A DNA stretch of 64,000 bases from Verrucomicrobiota bacterium (lineage in GTDB: Bacteria > Verrucomicrobiota > Verrucomicrobiia > Opitutales > Cerasicoccaceae), in the NCBI GenBank assembly GCA_039818205.1, contig JBCBUK010000006.1:96001-160000 (forward strand). The letters are read 5' to 3'. The notes beneath the pieces were generated by a model that worked only from the letters and a program-made list of their open reading frames with translations, was not told the DNA's origin and made no database searches. The position numbers were made by a program, and so were the translations under genes. Positions 40,747 through 49,312 of the stretch are shown here, piece by piece (the first letter of the stretch is position 1; each line of letters begins with the position of its first letter).

Positions 40747-41424
40747 TTACGCCTTTTGCTGGCGAGCCATTTGGGACTTCAAGAACGCCTTGATGATGCC
40801 GATGCCGTCGCGACTTGGGTGAATCTCTTCAACCGCGCGTTCTGGGTGGGGCATCATGCCAAAGACGTTTCCATCGATGTTGCGAATTCCGGCGATGTCG
40901 TCGACCGACCCATTCGGGTTGTTACGATATCGGAAAAGGATCTGGTTGTTGGCTTGGAGTTCAGCAAGTCCCTCGTTATCAATACGATAGTTACCTTCGC
41001 CGTGGGCGATTGGGATGTCGAGTGTTTCGCCCAGGCTTTGCTGGTTGAAATAGTCCATGCTGTCGACGACGTCGAGGGTCGTGGTATCACAGATGAACTC
41101 CAGGCCTTCGTTGCGAACGAGTGCACCGGGAAGCAGGCCAGCTTCGCAAAGGATTTGAAACCCGTTGCAGATGCCAATGACCGGGCCACCGTTGTTCGCA
41201 AACTCCACCACTGCCGGCATGACTGGAGAAAACCGTGCAATTGCCCCGGTACGGAGGTAATCGCCATAAGAAAATCCGCCGGGAATCACGACGGCTTCGG
41301 CGCCGGATAACGAGCCACGTTTGTGCCAAAAGAGGCGAGTGGGCTGGTTAAAGATTCCGGCTAGAGCATAATAAGCGTCCCGGTCGCAGTTGGAGCCCGG
41401 AAATTGGATGATTGCAATCTTCAT
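40747..41424 (-). CDS. purQ: FGAM synthase glutaminase subunit
   Basis: FPGSNCD, PGGFSYGDYLR, GICNGFQ, MMPHPER. Confidence 0.97.
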   Translation of the reverse strand: MKIAIIQFPGSNCDRDAYYALAGIFNQPTRLFWHKRGSLSGAEAVVIPGGFSYGDYLRTGAIARFSPVMPAVVEFANNGGPVIGICNGFQILCEAGLLPGALVRNEGLEFICDTTTLDVVDSMDYFNQQSLGETLDIPIAHGEGNYRIDNEGLAELQANNQILFRYRNNPNGSVDDIAGIRNIDGNVFGMMPHPERAVEEIHPSRDGIGIIKAFLKSQMARQQKA

Positions 41425-41570
41425 GAATGGGGGTGGCTCGGGAGTGGAAAAATAAAAAAGTAACTATTTTTTAGACGGTATCACTGCGGATGACTTAAGC
41501 CTTTCGGTGTCATTCGTTAATGCGGTGATGATCAGTCATTATCGTTGGAGCGTCAGCGCGGGTGCGTTGG

Positions 41571-41810
41571 TTAACTGATCTCGTACCGATAGTCTTCAAT
41601 AACGGGATTGCAAAGCAAACCATTGCAAATGGAATCTATCTGCTCCCGAATCTCCGGAGTGTCTGATCCATCGAGTTCGAACTCGATCGTTTTACCAACA
41701 CGGACTTCTCCGCTGGGCTGTAGATTTAGGTGCTCCATTGCGTGGCCAACCGCCGCGCCTTGTGGATCGAGCACCGTTTTTTTAGGAGTAACGAATACCG
41801 TAACCTTCAT
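41571..41810 (-). CDS. purS: FGAM synthase subunit PurS
   Basis: VLDPQG, VRVGK, LCNPVIEDY. Confidence 0.93.
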   Translation of the reverse strand: MKVTVFVTPKKTVLDPQGAAVGHAMEHLNLQPSGEVRVGKTIEFELDGSDTPEIREQIDSICNGLLCNPVIEDYRYEIS

Positions 41811-41849
41811 ACTATCAAATTGGTCCAAAGATATGGGGTCTGACAAGCG

Positions 41850-42896
41850 TTATTCGCGTTCGAATGTGGCTAATCGCTTGATTGCAGTGGGACCAATCAA
41901 TTGGAGGGGCAGTGTTTCGTGGGCAGCACCGATCTGGATGGCGGCCTTGGGCATACCGAAAACTATGGAAGTTTCCTCGTCCTGAGCAATGGTTCGCCAC
42001 CCGCGTTCACGGAGCATTTTTAGCCCTTCGGCACCATCGCGGCCCATGCCGGTGAGCAGGAGCGCGACTCCGGGGGCGGGCCAATTGGCCGCGAGACTTT
42101 TGAAAAAGACATCGACCGCCGGGCGATTTACCAGATGTGCCGGCTCGCGGCTAAATTCAAAACAGCCGCTGGGCTGTACTTTTAGGTGTGCGTCAATGCC
42201 AGCAATGTAGACGTGGCCCTTCTCGGGGATTAACCCGGCCTCCGCCATTACGACCGGAAGCGCACAGCGGGCGTCGAGCCAGTCGGCCAAGCCTTGGGCA
42301 AATTTTGGGTCGACGTGCTGGACGATGCCGATCGACCCATTGAAGTCGGCGTTGAGGCACCCCAAGATCGTAGCCAAGGCTTGGGGGCCGCCGGTTGAGG
42401 AGCCAATGGCAATGAACGGTGGCAGGTCACTCGGGTTTTGTTGGCCCTGGCCAGGTACAAATCCAGGAGCGGTCAAACCGGTGGTCGCAATCTGGGCAGA
42501 TTTGCCAGAAATCAGGCCAATGCGGTCGATTTTTTCGATGAGCGGTTGGGCTCCCGAAAAGTCACCGCCCGGTCCTAGCGTTGGGGTTACGGTGGCATCA
42601 AGTGCGCCATAGCCCATCGCCTCGTAGACGAGCTCACTGTTTTGGCCCATCGACGCAGTCACAATTAAGATCGGGCAGGGAGTCTGGGCCATGATCTCTC
42701 GGGTCGCTTCGGCGCCGTCCATTACGGGCATCACGAGGTCCATCAAGATCAGGTCGGGTAAATCAGCAGTGCAATAGTCCACGGCTTGCCGCCCATCTAG
42801 GGCTGTCCACGCGATTTCATGCTGTCCGTCAGACTCGACCACCTTGCGCAGGCAGGCAAGGGCCAGGTTCATGTCATTGACAATGGCGATACGCAT
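41850..42896 (-). CDS. cheB: Chemotaxis methylesterase CheB (WspF-like)
   Basis: REC (MRIAIVND, MDLVMP) plus GSSTGG, VQH, TGMGRDG catalytic motifs. Confidence 0.93.
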   Translation of the reverse strand: MRIAIVNDMNLALACLRKVVESDGQHEIAWTALDGRQAVDYCTADLPDLILMDLVMPVMDGAEATREIMAQTPCPILIVTASMGQNSELVYEAMGYGALDATVTPTLGPGGDFSGAQPLIEKIDRIGLISGKSAQIATTGLTAPGFVPGQGQQNPSDLPPFIAIGSSTGGPQALATILGCLNADFNGSIGIVQHVDPKFAQGLADWLDARCALPVVMAEAGLIPEKGHVYIAGIDAHLKVQPSGCFEFSREPAHLVNRPAVDVFFKSLAANWPAPGVALLLTGMGRDGAEGLKMLRERGWRTIAQDEETSIVFGMPKAAIQIGAAHETLPLQLIGPTAIKRLATFERE

Positions 42897-43204
42897 GGTG
42901 GATCAGTTTAGGACGGCCAGGGGGTCGTATCTTCCTGGCTTGGATCGTGGTTCATCAGGTAATGATGACAACCCTATACCGGCATTTTAGGTCAGATCAA
43001 AAGCGAAATGCATCCGCAACTCTAGTAGTTGGAATAACTTAGGTCCTTATCGGATCTAAATTACCGGTGCTAACCTTCGATTTTCAAATAAACCGAAATT
43101 TTACCCATCAGTCGATTGATGGGCAGCAGTCGATTAGAGCTGGGACCGCAAACTAGTCCTAGATTGTTGTCTCAGGCAACGGGCTCAAATTTGGACCGAT
43201 ATGC

Positions 43205-44083
43205 CTAACGGGTACCAACAAGTTTTCTTGTCCGAAACCTGCAATAAATGGCGAAAGCTAGCGCAGCGCCGCCTAAACCGAAATAGGAGGGTTCGGGAAT
43301 AACGAACACAATTCCGGTCGGGACGTCTAAGCCGTCTGGAACTCCAACCAGGTCGACCAAGTTGCCACCGTCGAGATCCGTGCGGCGTATCCGCCCAATA
43401 CTGTCGGCGATATAGATGGTATCGTCGGTGATAAACATATCGTTGATCTGGCTAATTCCTACGGTTGCCAGATCAAACACATCCGTCACTGAATTACCGT
43501 TCAAGTCAGATCGTTGCAGCTTCTCGCTCGTTGCCCAGTAGAGGTGAGAATCGGTCGCGAACAAACCGAAACGAATATCGTCGGGCGAGGTAAAGACCGT
43601 CGTCACGTTGTTGCCATCGAGATCTGATCGGAAAATCTGATCGGATGAGTCCGTCCAAAACAGGAAGAAATCATTACTCTTCATGGATAGCGTTTCGTTT
43701 GATGGTATGATGGAAGTTGGGTTGGTTCCATCGATATTTGAACGGTAAATGCCGTCGGTAAATGTACTCCAGTAAAGATGGGTGGAAGTCACCGCTAGTT
43801 CACCGACTCCTTGAGTAACGCCAAAGGGAATAATGGTCGTTACGTTTGAACCATCTAGATTGGATCGCCTGATCTCCTGGTCAGATTGTTCTGACCAATA
43901 AAGATGATCACCGGATACCGCGAGACGGAAAGGGTCCGATGCGCCCCCGGGGCCCACAACAGTTGTTATATCTGAGCCGTCGGGTTGTACGCCCCCGATG
44001 AACCCGGCTAAATCGGCCCAATAGATGCGGGCCGAGCAGCATGCGGCACTCATTAAGATGACTCCGAGACAGATGGCTTTCAT
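43205..44083 (-). CDS. PEP-CTERM protein with YWTD/LDL-receptor-B-like beta-propeller repeats
   Basis: Repeated LYW(S/A/T)...I.RS(N/D)LDG; IPEPSYFGL TM with basic tail. Confidence 0.85.
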   Translation of the reverse strand: MKAICLGVILMSAACCSARIYWADLAGFIGGVQPDGSDITTVVGPGGASDPFRLAVSGDHLYWSEQSDQEIRRSNLDGSNVTTIIPFGVTQGVGELAVTSTHLYWSTFTDGIYRSNIDGTNPTSIIPSNETLSMKSNDFFLFWTDSSDQIFRSDLDGNNVTTVFTSPDDIRFGLFATDSHLYWATSEKLQRSDLNGNSVTDVFDLATVGISQINDMFITDDTIYIADSIGRIRRTDLDGGNLVDLVGVPDGLDVPTGIVFVIPEPSYFGLGGAALAFAIYCRFRTRKLVGTR

Positions 44084-44194
44084 AGGATGAATTGGTGCCT
44101 ACGCTGAAATTTATGTCAAAATGTAAAGTGTTAAACTATGATGACGCTTTCATTTGTGATAGTCGCCAACCATTAGAAACGAATCGAGATGTCG

Positions 44195-47011
44195 CTACTC
44201 GATGAGGTCTTTGACCGCCTGGATGAAGGTATCGTCCTGAAACGAGCTTTTGGTCAGGTAGTAGTCGGCCCCGGCTTCAAGGCCCTTGATTCGGTCTTCT
44301 TCCCGATCCTTGTAGGAGACGACGATTACGGGGAGTTTGCCCAGGCGGCTATCGTTGCGAATTTTTGAAACGAATTCGTAGCCATTCATCCGTGGCATAT
44401 CGATATCGCTAACTACCAGATCGAACTCGCCCAGTCGAACGGCATTCCAGCCGTCAGCCCCATCGACAGCGACCTCGACGTAGAATCCGGCATTCTCAAG
44501 CAGTTGGCGTTCGGTTTCCCGAACGGTGATCGAATCATCGACCACAAGGATGCGTTTCCGATCTCTTACTTCTTCCTGGGCATCGCTGCGGAGGGTTTCC
44601 AGGCGGGCGCCTCCCGACAGGAGTTTGTCGATGGAAGCAATCAGGTCTTCAACATCCAGGATCAGGATCGGCTCACCGTCCTCACTGAGCGATGCTGAGC
44701 TGATACCTGGCACCTTACCGAGGCGTTTGTCGAGCGGCCGCACAACGAGGTCGGCTTCGCCCATGAGCGTATCGACTTCAACCCCGTAGAGCTGGTTGCG
44801 ATCATTCACCACAACGATATCCAAGTGTGGGGTGATGCTGCTTGTGTTGCCGCCGAAACCCAGGGCAGCCCGGGCCGGAGCAATACCCACGTTCTGTCCT
44901 TCCATCTCGAAATACTGGCGGTTTTCCACGGTCTTGAGATCGTCGTAAGACATCCGCACGGTGCGGGCGATACGACTCAAGGGGAAGGCGTAGGTTTCGC
45001 CGTCAATGTCGGCCAGCAATGCTCGAATAACCGACCGGGTGATGGGTACCTGCAAATGGAAAGTGGTTCCATGGCCGACTTCCGTATTGATTCGGGCCTG
45101 ACCTGCGATCTGCTGCATCAGATTCTGAACGACGTCCAGCCCAACACCGCGGCCCGAAATCTCGGTCACTTTCCCAGCCGTGGAGAAGCCCGGGAGGAAC
45201 AAAAATTCGAGCACCTCTTCCTCGGTCATCTGTTCGCACATTTCAGCCGTGGCAAACTGCTTCTCGACGATCTTAGTACGCAACTTGTCGCAGTCGATAC
45301 CGCGTCCATCGTCCTTGACCTCGACAACCAGCATGCCAGCACTGTGGCGTGCACTGAGTACCAGAGAGCCGACTGGATCTTTCCCCACTGCTTGGCGGTC
45401 ATCCGGCATCTCCATTCCGTGGTCGCAGGCGTTCCGCAGAATGTGATTCAGTGGCGCTTCAAGGCGCTCAAGGATGTCGCGGTCGACCGGGGTGTCTTTT
45501 CCTTCGATCGTAAACTTCACTTGCTTGCCGAGGGTTCGGGCAACATCTCGGACCATGCGCGGGAAGCCTTGGACGCCATCATTGAACGGACGCATCCGGC
45601 TCGACAATACCTCGCGATAAAGCCGATCGGAGAGCAGCGTGTTGCGCCGGGCAAAATTGTCGAAGTGTTCTAGCTGCTCGCGAACCAGGGTGAGCGCTTG
45701 CTGAGCTGCCTGGCGAATATGCTCGAAGTGAACCCGGGATTCCGCATCGAGCTCGAGCTGGTCCAGGATGCGCTGGCTGGAATCAATGCGGCTGTTGAGA
45801 TCGCTCTGTGCCTGTTTGAGGCGGAGCAGGGTGTCGCGGAAATTCTCGAGCTGCCCGGTTTCTACCACGGTTTCCGCTGCCAGGCCCATCAGCCGATTGA
45901 GGCTGTCTGCCGATACGCGAACCACGCCATCACTCTTCGATTTCTCCGAAGCAGCGGCTTTCGCACGGTCTTTTGCTTTGGAGGGAGCGGGGGCCTTTTC
46001 GGCCTCAGGTGGTAGGCTGGATCCGCTTTCGGCCTTTGGTGGGGTAGATGTTTCCGGGGGCGCTGGCTCGGGTGCTGGCTCGGGCTCGGGTGCTGCCGTC
46101 GCTAGGGATTCGCCAGCCAGGGTGCGGTGGAGTCCGTCCATGAGGGACGAGTAATCATCCGCATGTTCTTGCGGCCAGCTCGCGAGCGCCTCATCCGGTG
46201 CGGCACTGAAGGCCGACAAAAATTCACCTGAGTGCTTAAAGTGATCGATGTGGTCATCGGCCAGCTTGATCTTTCCCGCAATGGCCGCGTTGACGGCTTC
46301 CTCGATGACCTTAGTCATCTCGACGGCGGCCATCAGGCCGATGATTCTTGCGGCTCCTTTCATGGAGTGGGCCGCACGCATCAATGGCTCCAGCTGTTCC
46401 TTGCCGGCGCTCGCTGGGTCCAATGATTCGAGGCCCGCCTGGAAGTCGCCCATCTGCTGTTTGGCTTCTTCGCGGAACAGATCAATCATTGAAAGGTCCG
46501 GCGTTTGCTCCGGTGGAGTGTAAGTCGTTGAAGGTGCCGGTGGTGTGGCGGGAGTATTGGCTTCTGGATTAGGCGCCGGTACTGGCTCTGGTTTGGGCGC
46601 TTCGGTCGCCTTTGTTTGAATTGAACCTAAGCCCTTGATGACTTCTTCTGACCATTCAGCGTTTCCGCTTAGCCAGGCCGACATTTTTTCTTCGGTCTGT
46701 TGGCCAGATTCGACCAGCACGTCGACGGCATTGAATAGCCAATCGAGTTGGTCAGAGCCCAGAGCAAGCTCACCTTTGCCGGCGGCAACAAACAAATCTT
46801 CCAACGCGTGGGCGACCTTGCCAACCATATCAAGGCCGACAATTCTTGCCGCGCCTTTGAGCGAATGAGCAGCGCGCATCAGCGCGTCGACATCGGCAGA
46901 ATCGGGATCGGATTCCCAGGCGACCAAGCCTTCGTTCAGGGCAGCCCCTTGCGTTTCGACCTCTTGCTGGTAAAGGTCGAGCATGGGAAAACTTTGGGTA
47001 TCATCACTCAC
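44195..47011 (-). CDS. cheA: Hybrid CheA (WspE-like): Hpt-Hpt-dimer-HATPase-CheW-REC
   Basis: AHSLKGAA and AHSMKGAA, RNACDHG, DDGRG, SGRGVGLDVV, C-terminal REC. Confidence 0.93.
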   Translation of the reverse strand: MSDDTQSFPMLDLYQQEVETQGAALNEGLVAWESDPDSADVDALMRAAHSLKGAARIVGLDMVGKVAHALEDLFVAAGKGELALGSDQLDWLFNAVDVLVESGQQTEEKMSAWLSGNAEWSEEVIKGLGSIQTKATEAPKPEPVPAPNPEANTPATPPAPSTTYTPPEQTPDLSMIDLFREEAKQQMGDFQAGLESLDPASAGKEQLEPLMRAAHSMKGAARIIGLMAAVEMTKVIEEAVNAAIAGKIKLADDHIDHFKHSGEFLSAFSAAPDEALASWPQEHADDYSSLMDGLHRTLAGESLATAAPEPEPAPEPAPPETSTPPKAESGSSLPPEAEKAPAPSKAKDRAKAAASEKSKSDGVVRVSADSLNRLMGLAAETVVETGQLENFRDTLLRLKQAQSDLNSRIDSSQRILDQLELDAESRVHFEHIRQAAQQALTLVREQLEHFDNFARRNTLLSDRLYREVLSSRMRPFNDGVQGFPRMVRDVARTLGKQVKFTIEGKDTPVDRDILERLEAPLNHILRNACDHGMEMPDDRQAVGKDPVGSLVLSARHSAGMLVVEVKDDGRGIDCDKLRTKIVEKQFATAEMCEQMTEEEVLEFLFLPGFSTAGKVTEISGRGVGLDVVQNLMQQIAGQARINTEVGHGTTFHLQVPITRSVIRALLADIDGETYAFPLSRIARTVRMSYDDLKTVENRQYFEMEGQNVGIAPARAALGFGGNTSSITPHLDIVVVNDRNQLYGVEVDTLMGEADLVVRPLDKRLGKVPGISSASLSEDGEPILILDVEDLIASIDKLLSGGARLETLRSDAQEEVRDRKRILVVDDSITVRETERQLLENAGFYVEVAVDGADGWNAVRLGEFDLVVSDIDMPRMNGYEFVSKIRNDSRLGKLPVIVVSYKDREEDRIKGLEAGADYYLTKSSFQDDTFIQAVKDLIE

Positions 47012-47604
47012 AGATATTTGCTTCGCAGGCTGTGCAGAATCAGTTCGTGGTCGAGCAGTCCGACTTTAATTTCGCGTAGGGTAAATAGGCCGCGGGTGTA
47101 CGTGGCCATGGCTTTGGAAACGGTTACCGGAGAGTCTTGCAGGGTGTCCATCTCAAGCGGGTGGACGCCGTAGACCTCATCCGCGCGGAAAACAAAGGCA
47201 CCATCCTCTCCTTGAAAAACAATCATCCGCGGGTGAACGCGGCGGGACAAAATATGCTTCTCCCCGGTATCGCGTAGGCTGAGGAGAGAGCGGAGTGAGA
47301 CGCAGATCTGGAGTTCGCCGCGCACGTTGACCAGCCCGCGCAAAACCTCATTGGTGCGTTGGGGGATGCGGTGGACTGAGGCGTCGGCCGTAATTTCTTT
47401 GACGATTTTCGCCTCAATCGCGAGCCACTCATCAAATAGACGAAATACGAGAACTCCCTGGGTTTCCCGGTCGTGGTCGTCCTCTTTGTCCCGCAGGCGT
47501 TGCTGCCAATCATCGAGGTAACCTTCCGGTGGCGAGCGGTCGAGCAGTCGCAGCATCGCAGCCCGTTCTTTGGAAGCGAGGTCCAGGGAGTCATTTTTCG
47601 TCAT
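47008..47604 (-). CDS. cheW: CheW adaptor (WspD-like)
   Basis: LLDRSPPEGY..W, VFRLFDEWLA, GLVNVRGEL. Confidence 0.9.
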   Translation of the reverse strand: MTKNDSLDLASKERAAMLRLLDRSPPEGYLDDWQQRLRDKEDDHDRETQGVLVFRLFDEWLAIEAKIVKEITADASVHRIPQRTNEVLRGLVNVRGELQICVSLRSLLSLRDTGEKHILSRRVHPRMIVFQGEDGAFVFRADEVYGVHPLEMDTLQDSPVTVSKAMATYTRGLFTLREIKVGLLDHELILHSLRSKYL

Positions 47605-48839
47605 GTGCTAACCTCCTTACGGGCTTCGGCATCGCGGGCTCGTCGGCGAAAACGTTGGGCACCTGCCGCATCGCCGCGGCTTTCAGAAATGAGCGCCAGG
47701 TGAAACAACGACTGAGCGTGTTGGGCATCCAGGTAGATTGCCCGGCGAAACGCCTGCTCTGCGTCATTGGATCGCCGCTGTGCGGCCAATATTTCGCCAA
47801 GGGTGTTGAACGCCTCCGCGCTGGGTGGCAGTTGTTGGATAAGCTCTTGGCAAAGGGATTCAGCCGCTGGGAGGTCACCGTTGTCCGCGAGCTCTCGCAC
47901 GCGTTGCCAGCGTTCGCTGATGGAGGGTGGCGCCTTTTCTGAACTATTTGCGTTCTTGGCTGGTTTGGGACGGGGACGCGACCGAATGCTCGATGGGCGA
48001 ATCTGCGCAATGCTTGGTGGCGGGCTCGGTTCGACGGGCGCCGCTCGCCGGCCAAAACAGAACGAGCCAGCGGGGCCAACCGGGCCAAGTTCCTGGCTGA
48101 TGGAACCGAGGGCATCGGCGTGTCCTCCAAAGACGAGCCCATCGGGCGCCAATGACCGAAGCAATTGGTTGATCGCTCGTTCGCGGGAACAACTGCTAAA
48201 ATAGATGAGCACGTTGCGGCAAAAAATTGCGTGGAAGGGCTTCTCGCCGAGGAGAAAATCGCTCGCCAACAAATTGTGTTGGCGGAAGCTGACTTGCTTC
48301 CGGACGGATTCGACGACTCGGCGTTTTCCGTCTTCAAGCTCCTCAAAAAAGGATTCATAGTCTGCGGGAATACCGCTGCGGAAAGCGATCGGGCGGTATT
48401 CGCCATGCATTGCCTGCTCGAGGAAGCGATTGCAAAGATCCCCAGCCTCGATATGGAAGCGGTCTGCGGGCATACCTGCGGCTAGCAGTGACATTGCAAT
48501 GGAGTAGGGCTCTTGGCCAATCGCACAGGGTACGCTCAAGATTCTCAGGACTTCGCCCGGGTGGGCGGGCTCCCATTCGGTCTTGGCCCATTCAGCGAGC
48601 CAAGCAAAGGGTTTTCCATCCCGGAAAAACCAGGATTCCGGGACGAGTAGTTTCTCGGAGAAGGTTAGAAACTCCTCCTTTGAGCGACCAAGGTGGCGAA
48701 AGTATTCCTCCACTCCGTCGATGCCAGTCGCGTTCATGCGGCTGCGCACAACGGTCTCGAGTGTGGCTCCACGAAAGACGCTTTCGTCGAGGCCATACTC
48801 ATCTCGGAGTCGTACGGTAATGCGAGCTGGTAGATTCAT
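47601..48839 (-). CDS. cheR: CheR methyltransferase with TPR (WspC-like)
   Basis: VPESWFFRD, CAIGQEPYSIAM, IFCRNVLIYF, C-terminal TPR. Confidence 0.92.
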   Translation of the reverse strand: MNLPARITVRLRDEYGLDESVFRGATLETVVRSRMNATGIDGVEEYFRHLGRSKEEFLTFSEKLLVPESWFFRDGKPFAWLAEWAKTEWEPAHPGEVLRILSVPCAIGQEPYSIAMSLLAAGMPADRFHIEAGDLCNRFLEQAMHGEYRPIAFRSGIPADYESFFEELEDGKRRVVESVRKQVSFRQHNLLASDFLLGEKPFHAIFCRNVLIYFSSCSRERAINQLLRSLAPDGLVFGGHADALGSISQELGPVGPAGSFCFGRRAAPVEPSPPPSIAQIRPSSIRSRPRPKPAKNANSSEKAPPSISERWQRVRELADNGDLPAAESLCQELIQQLPPSAEAFNTLGEILAAQRRSNDAEQAFRRAIYLDAQHAQSLFHLALISESRGDAAGAQRFRRRARDAEARKEVST

Positions 48840-49312
48840 TGCGAAGATGTTTTGTCTTGGTTATAAAGCATGGTTCGAACGTTCTCTGGGAGTAGATCAG
48901 AGGTTTCGACGCATTGAATTATTTCCTTATCTTCGGTGGTAAAGATGCGGCCGAGGTAGTGGGCCTCGGGTGGATGGACGCCGCCATCAGAGAATGACTC
49001 CTCGTCCACTTCCATGGTTTCGGTGACCCGTTCGGCCCAAAGGCCCATGAGGGTTTCATCGCCCTGCGAACTGGGGTTATGAACGAGGATGTAGCGAGAG
49101 CTTAGCCCTTCGTTGAGGGAGCGTTTTAAAACCAGGCGTCCGAGATCAACGACTGGGACGACTTGGTTGCGGTACTCGAAGCGGCCGGCGATGTATTCCG
49201 GGGCGCCTGGGACGGTGCTTAGCGGCAGGGCAGGGATCACGATCTCGACCGTTTCGGCGTCGATGGCGAAGACTTGGTTGCCCAAGTGGAAGATGACCGC
49301 GAGCATCGTCAT
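48836..49312 (-). CDS. cheW: CheW adaptor (WspB-like)
   Basis: VPGAPEYIAG..YRNQVVPVVDL, YLGRI. Confidence 0.88.
   Translation of the reverse strand: MTMLAVIFHLGNQVFAIDAETVEIVIPALPLSTVPGAPEYIAGRFEYRNQVVPVVDLGRLVLKRSLNEGLSSRYILVHNPSSQGDETLMGLWAERVTETMEVDEESFSDGGVHPPEAHYLGRIFTTEDKEIIQCVETSDLLPENVRTMLYNQDKTSSQ

Noticed and set aside
39596..41310. 374-aa and 197-aa plus-strand ORFs
   Set aside because: Antisense shadows of purL and purQ
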